Source: an uncultured bacterium (GTDB lineage: Bacteria > Desulfobacterota_D > UBA1144 > Nemesobacterales > UBA2774). From it: 64,000 nt of DNA. Shown piece by piece: positions 41,170 to 51,159 of this stretch. The position numbers and the translations under genes are program-made. The notes beneath the pieces were generated by a model. It saw only the letters and a list, made by a program, of their open reading frames with translations, ran no database searches and was not told where the DNA came from. Location of the stretch: positions 1 through 64,000 of the forward strand of contig CAVPJU010000002.1 in assembly GCA_963705505.1 (NCBI GenBank), written 5' to 3'. Numbering within the stretch: position 1 is the stretch's first letter; every line of letters starts with the position of its first letter.

Positions 41170-44100
41170 ATGGACAGCGACAGCAGAAAAACGATCACAC
41201 CCGATTCAGACGAGCTAACGAAAAAGACCAAGAAAGAGCTCGTTAAGCAGATAGAGCTCCTTTACAAGCAAAATTCCGACCTCCAAACGGCGCTAGAGGA
41301 AAAGGAAATGTATTTCGAGAGCCTCGAGCACCTCGGCACTATTCTGGAAGAATCCGTTTTCGAGATATGCGTACTGGACAGGAAAACTCTCCGGTTCATA
41401 CACGCGAACAAAAAAGCCAGGGAGAACCTCGGCTATTCGATGAAAGAGCTGTCGGGCCTGAGCGTATTCGACGTGAAAAAGGAAATCGACAAAGCCCAGT
41501 TCAATAAAATGATCGGGCCACTCAGAGAAGGCCAGACCGACAAGATCGAATACACCGCGTTCCATTTCAGGAGAGACGGGACTTCGTATCCGGTCGAGGT
41601 ACATCTCCAGAACTCGACATTCAACATGACGCCTGTTTTCGTAGGTGTGATACTCAACATTTCCAGACGCACTCAAGCGGAAGACAGGCTTAAAGAGACG
41701 CTCGAACGGCTTTCCAAGATCCACCGGTACGAGACAGTCATAGGCATCGTTACGAGGACGGTGCATAATTCCGTAACCCTCAAAACCGTAATGGACAACG
41801 CCGTGCAGGCGTTGCATCAGAACATGGACCTCGCGAAGAACGTTTTGATACACCTGGTGGAAGGCTCAGAGGCGGTGCTCCACGCTCACAGGGGTCTACC
41901 CGAGTGGTTCGTTGCAAGGATGCGGAGGATACAGTTTCCGCGCGGAGCCACCTGGAGGACTATCATACAGGGAAAGACGGCATACGTGCCCGATACCGAC
42001 GCGGACCAATACATGGGTCCGGCGGGGCTCGAGCTCGGCATCAAGAGCTACGTCTCCATACCGCTAAAAAACGACGGCAGGGTCGTGGGTGTAATCAATA
42101 TCTGTACCGACGTTAAAAACGCCTTCCGGGCGGACGAGCTCAGGGTGCTCGACATAGTATCCAGGCAGATAGAGATCGCGATAAATAACGCGAGGTTCAC
42201 CGAATCCCTGATAGCCTCGGAAAGGGCGCTCGAGGACAAGATCAGCATCCTGTCAAAGAAGGAAAGCTATGAAAAGATGATAAATACGATCGCCGCAAGG
42301 GTCCACAGCTCCGTCGATTTTGACGAGGTGCTCCGTCTGACCTCGAACGGTATGAGGCAGAACATCAAGAAAGCGGACTTCTTCGCGGTCTACCTCGTCG
42401 AGGGGAACGAGGCCGTTATGAAGACAGCCTACGGGCACGATGAAAGCTTTCTGAAGAAGGTGGAAAGAATCCCGTATCCCAAGGGGTTTACGTGGAGGAC
42501 CATCATCGACGGGAAGACGCGTTTGATCCCCGATACGGACCAGGACGACGCTATCGGACCCGCAGCAAAGCAGACGGGCATAAGGAGTTATATATCGATG
42601 CCGATCAAGTCGGTAGGGAACACGATAGGGTGCATAACGCTCGCTTCCAAAAGCATAAACGCCTTCGCCCACGATGAAATTACCCTCCTCGAATCCATAG
42701 TGGAGCAGATAGCCATAGCGCTGCTCAACGCCAAATACGTCCGCGAGATAGAATCGAACGAGAGACGCCTGAAGGCGCTCGTCGGCTCGGTCGACGAGAT
42801 AGTCTTCGAAATCGACGAGAGCGGCACGTACATGGGCGTCTGGACGGCGAACGAAGAGCTGCTCGTAAGGCCCAAGGAGGAGCTCCTCGGCAGGCGCATC
42901 TCCGACTTTTTCGACGGGGATTTAGCGCAATCATTCTCGGACGCGATCAACCGTGTGCTCAAGAACCGGAAGTCCGAGGTCATCGAATATAAATTGTTCA
43001 TAATGGGCAGGGAAAGGTCCTTCAGGGCGCGAATAAACCCGATCATTACACCCGACAGCCAGCCGAACACGGTTTCAATGCTGGCGAGGGACATTACCGA
43101 GAGCAAGGCGCTCGAAACGCAGCTCCTCCGGTCGCAGAGACTCGAGAGCGTTGGAACCCTCGCAGGAGGGATAGCGCACGACCTCAACAATATCCTCCAG
43201 CCGATACTGATGTCCATACAGCTGTTAAAAAGCAGGATATCGGATGAAAAGTGCCGCAGCTGGCTTGACATACTCGACCAGAGCGCCCAGAGGGGGGCCG
43301 ACCTGATAAAGCAGATACTGTCCTTCGCGAGGGGACTCGAAAGCAAAAAGCAGCCGTTCGACATCAAATACCTCGTCAACGAAGCGCAGAAAATGCTCAA
43401 TGTAACATTCCCCAAATTCATCAACCTGCACACCGAGATCGAGGATAATATCCCGTCTGTATTCGGGGACTATACCCAGCTTAACCAGATGTTCATGAAC
43501 CTCTGCGTAAACGCGCGGGACGCGATGCCCGAAGGGGGAGACCTCATAATCCGGATACGCCATATAGCGGCGGGGAAGGACAATATACCCGCATTCCTCA
43601 AGCCCGATTATCAGGAATACATAGTTATCGAGGTATCCGACACGGGTATCGGCATACCGCCCGAGAACCTGGACAAAATCTTCGACCCCTTTTTCACGAC
43701 GAAGTCTTCCGACAAGGGGACGGGGCTCGGACTCTCGACGATCTACGGGATCGTGAAAGACCACGATGGCGTTATCAACGTCGAGAGCCAGGTCGGCAGG
43801 GGGACCAAATTCACGGTCTATCTGCCGGTAATGCAATCGACCGGAGCCGCCGACACGCTCGGCGAGCTTCACTCGAACGCGCACGCCGGGAACGGCGAGA
43901 TGATCCTCGTGGTCGATGACGAGAGCATGATAACGGACATGGCGAGGACGATACTCGAGGAATACGACTACAAGGTGCTCGTCGCGAACAACGGCGAGGA
44001 AGCGACGAAGATATTCCTCCTCCACAAGGACGAGATCTACGCCGCGATAGTGGACATGATGATGCCCGTGATGGGCGGCAAGGCCACCATACGCATACTG

Positions 44101-44256
44101 AAAAAAGAGCGGCCCTCGCTCAAGGTCATAGCCACGAGCGGCTACCAGAGGGAGCACGAGCTAGTCGATCTCAAGGACGCCGAAGTGGACGCGTTCCTGC
44201 CTAAACCCTTTAACGCCGAGAAGCTGCTGCAGACGCTTAATGATGTTATTCATTGA
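41170..44256 (+). CDS. Hybrid sensor kinase coiled-coil-PAS-GAF-GAF-PAS-HisKA-HATPase-REC, paralogue of 24026-27403
   Basis: Same HisKA/HATPase/REC motifs and near-identical GAF segments. Confidence 0.92.
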   Translation: MDSDSRKTITPDSDELTKKTKKELVKQIELLYKQNSDLQTALEEKEMYFESLEHLGTILEESVFEICVLDRKTLRFIHANKKARENLGYSMKELSGLSVFDVKKEIDKAQFNKMIGPLREGQTDKIEYTAFHFRRDGTSYPVEVHLQNSTFNMTPVFVGVILNISRRTQAEDRLKETLERLSKIHRYETVIGIVTRTVHNSVTLKTVMDNAVQALHQNMDLAKNVLIHLVEGSEAVLHAHRGLPEWFVARMRRIQFPRGATWRTIIQGKTAYVPDTDADQYMGPAGLELGIKSYVSIPLKNDGRVVGVINICTDVKNAFRADELRVLDIVSRQIEIAINNARFTESLIASERALEDKISILSKKESYEKMINTIAARVHSSVDFDEVLRLTSNGMRQNIKKADFFAVYLVEGNEAVMKTAYGHDESFLKKVERIPYPKGFTWRTIIDGKTRLIPDTDQDDAIGPAAKQTGIRSYISMPIKSVGNTIGCITLASKSINAFAHDEITLLESIVEQIAIALLNAKYVREIESNERRLKALVGSVDEIVFEIDESGTYMGVWTANEELLVRPKEELLGRRISDFFDGDLAQSFSDAINRVLKNRKSEVIEYKLFIMGRERSFRARINPIITPDSQPNTVSMLARDITESKALETQLLRSQRLESVGTLAGGIAHDLNNILQPILMSIQLLKSRISDEKCRSWLDILDQSAQRGADLIKQILSFARGLESKKQPFDIKYLVNEAQKMLNVTFPKFINLHTEIEDNIPSVFGDYTQLNQMFMNLCVNARDAMPEGGDLIIRIRHIAAGKDNIPAFLKPDYQEYIVIEVSDTGIGIPPENLDKIFDPFFTTKSSDKGTGLGLSTIYGIVKDHDGVINVESQVGRGTKFTVYLPVMQSTGAADTLGELHSNAHAGNGEMILVVDDESMITDMARTILEEYDYKVLVANNGEEATKIFLLHKDEIYAAIVDMMMPVMGGKATIRILKKERPSLKVIATSGYQREHELVDLKDAEVDAFLPKPFNAEKLLQTLNDVIH

Positions 44257-44315
44257 AGAGTTCGCCGGGAAAGGTTCCAGACCGTCGAGCTGCCATATTT
44301 GATACACGGATAACG

Positions 44316-45152
44316 TCAGTTCTTTATATTGAAGAGAGCCAGGTACTCCTTCGACCTATTCCCTATCCCCCTCCCGGTTTCCTTCATATCCTGCTCAGTG
44401 ATTCCGCTCACGGGTTTCATATTCCCGTCCACCCATAATACAAGGCGTCCGTTTTTGAATACGTATCCGGAGAACGGGCCCTTATAAAAATAGACTGCGC
44501 CGTCGAGATAGTAAACCGCTGTCTCCCACATCATCCTTCCGCTGCCGTCGGGCTCCGTGAATGTGAGCTTCACCGGCTTCCCGTCTTTCGTCCATAAAAC
44601 GAGCTCCCTTTTCTCCCAGCCCTTCTTTTCGGGCCCGATAGTCTTATCCTGGTTTTTATACTCACCCGCGTTATTTTCGACGTATGTCATGTAGGCCGCG
44701 ACGTTGTCGATATATATCTTGTCCATAGTGCCGCGCCATTCCTTGAGCGCAGCGCTCGATGCGGGGTCTTCTTTTTCGAACGTTCCGCTCAGGTAATCGT
44801 CGGCCTTTATCACGAGCGCCTCATCGGTAAGATTCTCGACCGTGTATTTGACCTCTACGGGCTCGGGGTACCTGTCGGTGTTGGTCGTGAGGACCAATTC
44901 CTTCCCCGCTACTTTCCAGTTGAGTCCGTTCATCGAGGCGATGCCCACCAATTCGAGAGTCCCGTCCTCGTGGAGATAGAATCCCTCCTTCCCCCCCTCG
45001 CCCGCCTGCCCGCCGCCTATCTGCCTCAGCCAGAGGCCGGATATTGCGGATGATGCTGCCGCGCTGCCCTCTCCGGCCAGAGCGTGACTGCACGCAGCGG
45101 AAACCATGAGAAGTATCAGGACGAATTTTGTAAATACGTGCATGTTCTTCAT
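44316..45152 (-). CDS. Secreted hypothetical protein (lipocalin-like N-terminal part)
   Basis: Signal peptide; GLW...EGFYLHEDG..WKVAGKELVL. Confidence 0.6.
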   Translation of the reverse strand: MKNMHVFTKFVLILLMVSAACSHALAGEGSAAASSAISGLWLRQIGGGQAGEGGKEGFYLHEDGTLELVGIASMNGLNWKVAGKELVLTTNTDRYPEPVEVKYTVENLTDEALVIKADDYLSGTFEKEDPASSAALKEWRGTMDKIYIDNVAAYMTYVENNAGEYKNQDKTIGPEKKGWEKRELVLWTKDGKPVKLTFTEPDGSGRMMWETAVYYLDGAVYFYKGPFSGYVFKNGRLVLWVDGNMKPVSGITEQDMKETGRGIGNRSKEYLALFNIKN

Positions 45153-45315
45153 ATCGTGAAACCCCGCAAACTCATTCTCGTCATCAGATTAGCATAAATA
45201 ACATTATGCGGATTATCCATACGCGGATCCACAAGAAAAATTCCTGCTATCGGAATAAATCATATAGTACTATAATTACTTATATTCATTACATATCTTT
45301 AGGGAGGATAATGAA

Positions 45316-45585
45316 ATGAGCGCAACGCCCGCAGCAAAGACTTACGATACATCGCCCATGAGCGTAGGGGAATGGGTCATCACGATGATACTCCTCGCCA
45401 TACCGGTAGTCGGTCTCGTGATGCTCATATACTGGATAGTGAGCAGCACCGGGAATATAAACAGGAGGAATTACTGCCTGGCCTCTTTGATAATCGCTGC
45501 GATCATAATAGGAATCGGGATAATCATTGCCGTCTTCTTCGGAGGCATGGCGGCCATAATGTCCCATCACGGCACACAGATGTAG
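45316..45585 (+). CDS. Small two-TM membrane protein
   Basis: PMSVGEW.ITMILLAIPVVGL..N.NRRNY; GGAGG SD. Confidence 0.85.
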   Translation: MSATPAAKTYDTSPMSVGEWVITMILLAIPVVGLVMLIYWIVSSTGNINRRNYCLASLIIAAIIIGIGIIIAVFFGGMAAIMSHHGTQM

Positions 45586-45714
45586 CACAAGAGTCGCCCT
45601 CCCGGAAACCGGGACTCCTCAATCGACGTTTGCAGGTTCCGTAGATCCACGGATCATGATCTTGTTCCGCTAATGGAACAGGCTAATACCGACGCTGCGC
45701 GGGCAGCCGACTCT

Positions 45715-47244
45715 TCACAGGTCTATGAAAAGCCCCCTCGCCTCCTCGGACGTGAGCTTGGAGACTGACGTAACCTTGTCGCTGAATAGCGAGAGCGTCT
45801 GCCAGGACTCCCTCTCCGTGAGGTCAATGAGGACTGAATAGACCTTAAAGCCGAGCCTCTCGCGCTCGCGTTTAAACCCTTCGAGCCACGCGTCTCCCAC
45901 TCCCGCCTCCCCGTCCGTGATGAATACGATATCGCCGCGCCTGAACTTCGACCCCTTGAGAATTTCAAGGGCGCTGTCGAGCGGCTCCTCGAAATTAGTG
46001 CCTCCGCCGGGGAAATACTCCGCAAGCTCGAATATGTCCTTCTCCTTCATCCCCCATCCTCCCCTGCCCTCTCCGGGGCTCGACTCGAACACCCTCTGCG
46101 GAGCGCCGCCCGAGGAGAATACGACGACGCTGAATTTCCGCCTCTCCCTTTTAGCTATCTCCAGCAGCGTGAGGCAGACCCCCTTTGACCAGAGCTCCTT
46201 TTTCCCCTCCATCGACGAGCTGCCGTCGAGGCATATCACGATAGGCCCCCTGCCTTTCTCGTCCCTGAGCGAATACTGGAGGAGCCTGCCCTCGATGAGC
46301 CTCTTCTTAAAATCCACGCGCAGCCCGGGGCTGCTCAGCGACACCAGCTCCGAGGCGATAAGCCTCCCGATGTCGTTCCCCATGGATATATCGAAAACCT
46401 CGGCCCCCCTCCTCGACCACGACTTCCTCCTGCCGCGGAGCATCTCCTCCTTGAGGCTCCCCACGATGCGGGAGAGACGTCTCAGTTTTTCATTCGAATA
46501 GAGCTTGGAGGCGAGGTCGAGCTTTTCGCCCGCCGACCTCTCGCCGGGGGCTCCCATGGAAGCTCCCCAGGACGTGAGCTCGTCCTCCGCGTTCTCGACA
46601 TTTTCCGACGTCTCTTTCATCGAAGACTTGACCATATTCTTGAGCTTCATGTCCATGTTCTCGTGCCCTTTCCTGAGCTCTCCCTCAAGCTTCTTGAGGG
46701 CCTTCTCCTCCCTCTCGAGTTCGGACTTTTTTTCTCGCCTGATTTTCTCAAACACATCGCCCCGCTCCTCTTCTTCGCCCGCGACCTCATCCCATGTCTC
46801 CGCCTCGTCCGCAAGCTCCTCCATATCGTCCTCGGCCCTGTCCGTCTCCCATTCCCTCATGAGCGGCTTCTCGCCGGGCCCGTCCCCGGACCTGAGCCAA
46901 TCGAGCACCAAGCCCGCCATTTGAGCGGCGGCGAGGGAGGACCTGAACCCGTCGAGCACCGTCTCCTCGCGGAGCTGTCCGTAAAGGGGGTCACGGAGCA
47001 CTCCCGCCAGGATCCTCCGCGGGAGTAAGGAGCTCCTCCTGACCCCGTCTTCGGGGAGGAAAACGACGTTGTGCTTGTAGAACGAGGCGAAGAGGTCGAG
47101 CACGAGCGGGCGGAAGCCCGGGAGAAGGGCCGAGCCCCTTTCCATGAGCTCCTTTAACTCCTCCGACACGTCCTCGAACTCGCCGAAGAGCTCCCTGTCG
47201 TAAGAGTCCGTCTCGATGTTCTGCCCTGAGAGCGCGCGTCTCAT
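45715..47244 (-). CDS. VWA-domain protein (ViaA/CoxE-like)
   Basis: MIDAS DGSSSM, GGGTNF, DIVFITDG; coiled-coil middle. Confidence 0.88.
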   Translation of the reverse strand: MRRALSGQNIETDSYDRELFGEFEDVSEELKELMERGSALLPGFRPLVLDLFASFYKHNVVFLPEDGVRRSSLLPRRILAGVLRDPLYGQLREETVLDGFRSSLAAAQMAGLVLDWLRSGDGPGEKPLMREWETDRAEDDMEELADEAETWDEVAGEEEERGDVFEKIRREKKSELEREEKALKKLEGELRKGHENMDMKLKNMVKSSMKETSENVENAEDELTSWGASMGAPGERSAGEKLDLASKLYSNEKLRRLSRIVGSLKEEMLRGRRKSWSRRGAEVFDISMGNDIGRLIASELVSLSSPGLRVDFKKRLIEGRLLQYSLRDEKGRGPIVICLDGSSSMEGKKELWSKGVCLTLLEIAKRERRKFSVVVFSSGGAPQRVFESSPGEGRGGWGMKEKDIFELAEYFPGGGTNFEEPLDSALEILKGSKFRRGDIVFITDGEAGVGDAWLEGFKRERERLGFKVYSVLIDLTERESWQTLSLFSDKVTSVSKLTSEEARGLFIDL

Positions 47245-47341
47245 ACAGGATTAAATTAACACGCGCGCCCCGGTGTATCAATTTTCATAAGCCGTGTTAA
47301 AATAGAAAACCTTCCCGTGACAGGCGTACGATTAAATACAT

Positions 47342-48508
47342 ATGAACCTCAATAGCGCTGAATTCAAAGCAGTTATAACAGTGGCCCTCATAATGGCCAC
47401 GAGGATCCTCGGCATATTCCTGATACTCCCCGTCTTCAGCGTCTATGCGGAGAGGTATCCCGGCTCGGACATCGCCATGGCGGGGCTCGCTTTCGGCATA
47501 TACGCGCTTGCCCAGAGCGTGCTCCAGCTCCCGTTCGGGTGGGTGAGCGACAGGATAGGCAGAAAACCCGTCCTGATAGTGGGCATACTGCTCTTTACCG
47601 CGGGCAGCGTATACTGCGGGATGGCGGATACGATAACGGGGCTCATAATCGCGCGTATCATACAGGGGAGCGGGGCCGTGAGCTCGGTCGCGATAGCCTC
47701 CCTCGGCGACATAACACGCCCGAGCGTGAGGGCACAGTCGTTCACGATAGTGGGCGTATCCATAGGCGTCGCGTTCCTCATGGCAATAGTCATCGGGCCG
47801 TATCTCGCGGCGAGGATAGGGTTCTCGAGCCTCTTTTACGTTCTCGCGGGACTGGGGGCGATATCACTCCTTATCACCGTCTTCTTTTTCCCCGCGATAG
47901 AAAAAGAAGAGCCGATCGGCGGCAAGACCGGGATATTGCGGATCGCGTTCATGCCCGAGATGAGGACCCTCTTCATATCGTCCCTCGTGGTGTCGCTCCT
48001 TGTAAACCTGTTCGTTTTCGTTTTCCCTCTCTCATGGAAGGCACTCGGGGTGAGCGACGCCGGGCTCTGGCGCGTATATCTCATATCCCTAATACCGACG
48101 GCCCTCTTCGTATTCCCCTACATACGGTGGGCGGAGAAGAGGGGCGGGCTCAGTATCGCCGCAAAAGCGGCGTGGGCCTGCATCGCGCTCGCATTCCTCG
48201 TCTACCCCGCGGGCGCAGGGTATTCGCTGGTCCTCTACGGCGCGGGCATGGCGTATTTCGCGGGACACACCATAATGCAGTCGCTCCTTCCGGCCTTCCT
48301 CACGCAGATGGTGGGGCAGGAGAAAAGGGGCTCCGCTACGGGCATATATAACCTCCTTTCCTTCTTCGGCTCGTCGGTCGGGGGGATGGCGTCTGGATAC
48401 CTCTACCAGATTAACCCCGCCATGCCGCTCATAGCCGGCTTCGTAGTGATTATACTCTGGGGACTGCTGGGCCTCCCTTCTCCGCCTGAGATCGGGCACG
48501 ACCGATGA
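47342..48508 (+). CDS. MFS transporter (YajR-like)
   Basis: GWVSDRIGRKP motif A; about 12 TM. Confidence 0.9.
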   Translation: MNLNSAEFKAVITVALIMATRILGIFLILPVFSVYAERYPGSDIAMAGLAFGIYALAQSVLQLPFGWVSDRIGRKPVLIVGILLFTAGSVYCGMADTITGLIIARIIQGSGAVSSVAIASLGDITRPSVRAQSFTIVGVSIGVAFLMAIVIGPYLAARIGFSSLFYVLAGLGAISLLITVFFFPAIEKEEPIGGKTGILRIAFMPEMRTLFISSLVVSLLVNLFVFVFPLSWKALGVSDAGLWRVYLISLIPTALFVFPYIRWAEKRGGLSIAAKAAWACIALAFLVYPAGAGYSLVLYGAGMAYFAGHTIMQSLLPAFLTQMVGQEKRGSATGIYNLLSFFGSSVGGMASGYLYQINPAMPLIAGFVVIILWGLLGLPSPPEIGHDR

Positions 48509-48561
48509 GCACGCAAGTCGTCAATCCTCCGGTTACATTCGAGCTATTCCAAATCCCGGGC

Positions 48562-48637
48562 AATGGGGGCTCGGCGTATTCGTCGCTCTTACGGGCATAG
48601 CGGCTGTATGGGCGCTAAGAAGGCGGGCTCAGAGGGC
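48562..48637 (+). repeat. Orphan exact 76-bp copy of the IPTL-CTERM coding tail
   Basis: Identical to 49456-49531. Confidence 0.95.
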
Positions 48638-48719
48638 GGAGGGGGATTTAAGATAATTCTCGCTATGTATTTAGGATTCTGCTAGAATTTGTAAACAAGA
48701 CCGTTTACGGAGGAAAAAG

Positions 48720-49535
48720 ATGTTGAATTATATAAAGATAACTTCAATAGTAGCTTTCCTTATCTTTCTTACCGCGGTTTCTTCAAAAGCGGCGATATTC
48801 GTACAAAACGTATTTTCGAACGTAAATACCAATCCGGTTCCGTTTACACAATCAGTTGTCGACACGCCCACGGGCGGTCCGGGTGACTTCGAAATAATCA
48901 CGTGCGGAACATTTTCAGGCGGCGGAAACACTTTCCTCGCCCCCGGGCCCGACATATTCGATCCGGTTGACCTGGGGAGCTGCGGCAGCGGCTTCGGATG
49001 CATACAGGGAATCTGGTCGAGGTTCGTCGATACACAGGGCGCATCGGAAAATTTCTGTAACTGGACAAACCAGACAAACGTGTTCGGCGCGGGCAGCATA
49101 AGGTGGAGCGGTGTTGACCGGGATAATCCGATCGTTGACGTCGCGTGCAATACGGGTGAAAGTGAGGTCGCAACCGCGCCTTCCGCGGACGCCGAGGAGG
49201 GGTCGTACGTCGCGAGGGTATATACGCTGACTCCCTCACTCGATAACCTGGTCGGCGGAACCGCATTTATAAACGGGGAATTTACCGCAACCGCCGTTTT
49301 AGAATCCCTGGAGCTGGTAGTGCACGGGAAAACCGACCCTGCGGAGGGTGCCGGACCTACGGGCACATCCGATTATTCAATCGAGAGGTTCTCCTCCTGG
49401 AGGGCATGCACTATCGTGCTGAGGGCTGCTCCGACAAATATCCCGACGCTCTCCGAATGGGGGCTCGGCGTATTCGTCGCTCTTACGGGCATAGCGGCTG
49501 TATGGGCGCTAAGAAGGCGGGCTCAGAGGGCTTAG
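48720..49535 (+). CDS. IPTL-CTERM sorting-domain surface protein
   Basis: Signal peptide; Cys-containing body; IPTLSEWG + TM + RRR tail. Confidence 0.9.
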   Translation: MLNYIKITSIVAFLIFLTAVSSKAAIFVQNVFSNVNTNPVPFTQSVVDTPTGGPGDFEIITCGTFSGGGNTFLAPGPDIFDPVDLGSCGSGFGCIQGIWSRFVDTQGASENFCNWTNQTNVFGAGSIRWSGVDRDNPIVDVACNTGESEVATAPSADAEEGSYVARVYTLTPSLDNLVGGTAFINGEFTATAVLESLELVVHGKTDPAEGAGPTGTSDYSIERFSSWRACTIVLRAAPTNIPTLSEWGLGVFVALTGIAAVWALRRRAQRA

Positions 49536-49662
49536 TACTTCGAGTTCAAAAAAATCCGTGGGCTTTGTTCGGGGCGTGAACGCCGGGGCGAAGCCCGCGT
49601 CTCTCTATCGGAAGCATTAAAAGTCCTTCTCTATGTTCGTATCGGGGTAAATCCGCGGTGAT

Positions 49663-50637
49663 TCAAACCGTGCCTTTCGTCCTTATGGACTCGAGCACGG
49701 CGCGGACGTCGTAGAGGTCGTTTACGACTACGGCTTCGATCTCGGCGAGGACCTGAGAGTAACTGTTTCTCGCCCTTCCGCCCACCACGACGGGCAGACC
49801 CGGCAGATACCGTCTTAGTTTTCTCAGCTCCCGCGCAACCAGAGGGTCGCTTTCGGGATAGATCACGCTCAGGATGAGGGCCTTCGAATCATTATACGTC
49901 ACTGTCCCCGCTATCTCCTCGGCAGGGAGGCTCGGCCCGAGATACGTCACATTCCACCCCTCGCTCGCCGCAGTTACTGCCGCAGAGAGCGCCCCGATCT
50001 CGTGCACCTGGTCAGAAGGGGTGGTCACGACAGCATGAGGAGCGCCGGGAAATGTCTTTTGTGAAGCAAGGAGGCTCCCGAGAAAAGTCCTCACGGCCTG
50101 CGTCGCTAAGTGCTCGTGGGATATCCTCAACTCCCCCTTCCGCCAGAGGTCGCCTATCTTCTCCATGGCCGGTATTACGACGTGGTCGAGGAGGGCGTTC
50201 CTCCCCGTCTCGGTCTCTATCGCCAGCATTATCTCTTCGAGGGCCTTACGGTCCATACGCTCGACCGACGAGATGATGCCGTCTATATAGTTATTGTAGT
50301 CCCTGACTATCGACAGATCGCCCGCCTTCAGAGGCTCGACGATCCTTCTCTGAGGGAGGTCTATCACATTCATCCTGTTGACTATGTCCTGAAGCTCTTC
50401 TCTCGAGTACCCGGCAATCTGGCTTATCGGGTATCCCGCCCCTGTCGCCTTCTGGAGCAAAGAGAGCCTCTCGATGTCACCCTCCCCGTAGTATCTCCTG
50501 TTGTTCGAATCCCTCCCGGGCGTAACCACTCCGTACCGCCTCTCCCACGCCCTTATCGCATGCGGGGTGAGACCCGTCATCCTCGAAGCCACCTTCATGG
50601 AAAACTTTCTCTTAACGTCCTCCCGGTTTTCGTGCAT
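49663..50637 (-). CDS. carH: CarH/LitR-type cobalamin-binding MerR-family photoreceptor repressor
   Basis: MerR HTH with RAWERRY; W-x9-EH (WRKGELRISHEH); B12-binding HEIG...YLGP.LP. Confidence 0.88.
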   Translation of the reverse strand: MHENREDVKRKFSMKVASRMTGLTPHAIRAWERRYGVVTPGRDSNNRRYYGEGDIERLSLLQKATGAGYPISQIAGYSREELQDIVNRMNVIDLPQRRIVEPLKAGDLSIVRDYNNYIDGIISSVERMDRKALEEIMLAIETETGRNALLDHVVIPAMEKIGDLWRKGELRISHEHLATQAVRTFLGSLLASQKTFPGAPHAVVTTPSDQVHEIGALSAAVTAASEGWNVTYLGPSLPAEEIAGTVTYNDSKALILSVIYPESDPLVARELRKLRRYLPGLPVVVGGRARNSYSQVLAEIEAVVVNDLYDVRAVLESIRTKGTV

Positions 50638-50644
50638 GGGTATA

Positions 50645-50673
50645 ATCTTAAACCCGTGTCTAACATATGTCAA
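50645..50673 (-). promoter_or_regulatory. sigma70 promoter of carH with operator repeats
   Basis: Minus strand TTGACA-17-TAAGAT; TTGACA and TAGACA 11 bp apart; ATG 7 nt after the -10. Confidence 0.7.
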
Positions 50674-50808
50674 GGTCGAGCCATTATTTAACAGGAAACT
50701 TTCATTTACTTATATCACTCATTTAATAGTGCTATATAACTTCTTCGCATATTGCAATAAAAAAGTTTGAATCGAAATATTTATTCCCTTCGGCAGCGGT
50801 GCTCAAAG

Positions 50809-50878
50809 AAGACAATATTAAAACATATACTTGACATAGGCTAGACAACACATTATTATATTAGACAAATACTAGACA
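50809..50878 (+). promoter_or_regulatory. sigma70 promoter with CarH-type tandem 11-bp operator repeats
   Basis: TTGACA(50831)-17-TATTAT(50854); nnnACA units at 50809, 50820, 50831, 50842, then TAGACA at 50862 and 50873. Confidence 0.8.
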
Positions 50879-51159
50879 GTCATTCAACTTTAGTGATGGG
50901 GTTCAAACCCGGTCGGCGGCCATTGGAAAGGGGGGCAAAAGATTGGATATAGAGCATATGAGAGGAGCTGATTACGACGGGGATTCCCGGCTGAGAAGGC
51001 GGCTACTCGCCATAAATCGGGTAATTCAAGCGGCCGGACAGAGCGGACATACGCCGGGAAGTAAGAAATTCTATAAATTTGGGAACGGGGTGAATCCCGG
51101 CCCTTGTAAATTGAGTCTAAAGGTATATATAAGGAATATAGAGAGAAGCGGGGGGAAAT

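Noticed and set aside
50896..50922. GGGTTCAAACCC...CCA resembles a tRNA 3' half
   Set aside because: The T-stem does not pair fully and there is no 5' half
51081..51125. GGGAAcggGGTGAATCC resembles part of a cobalamin riboswitch in the sigma leader
   Set aside because: The downstream conserved elements and B12 box are missing; an Infernal search would be needed
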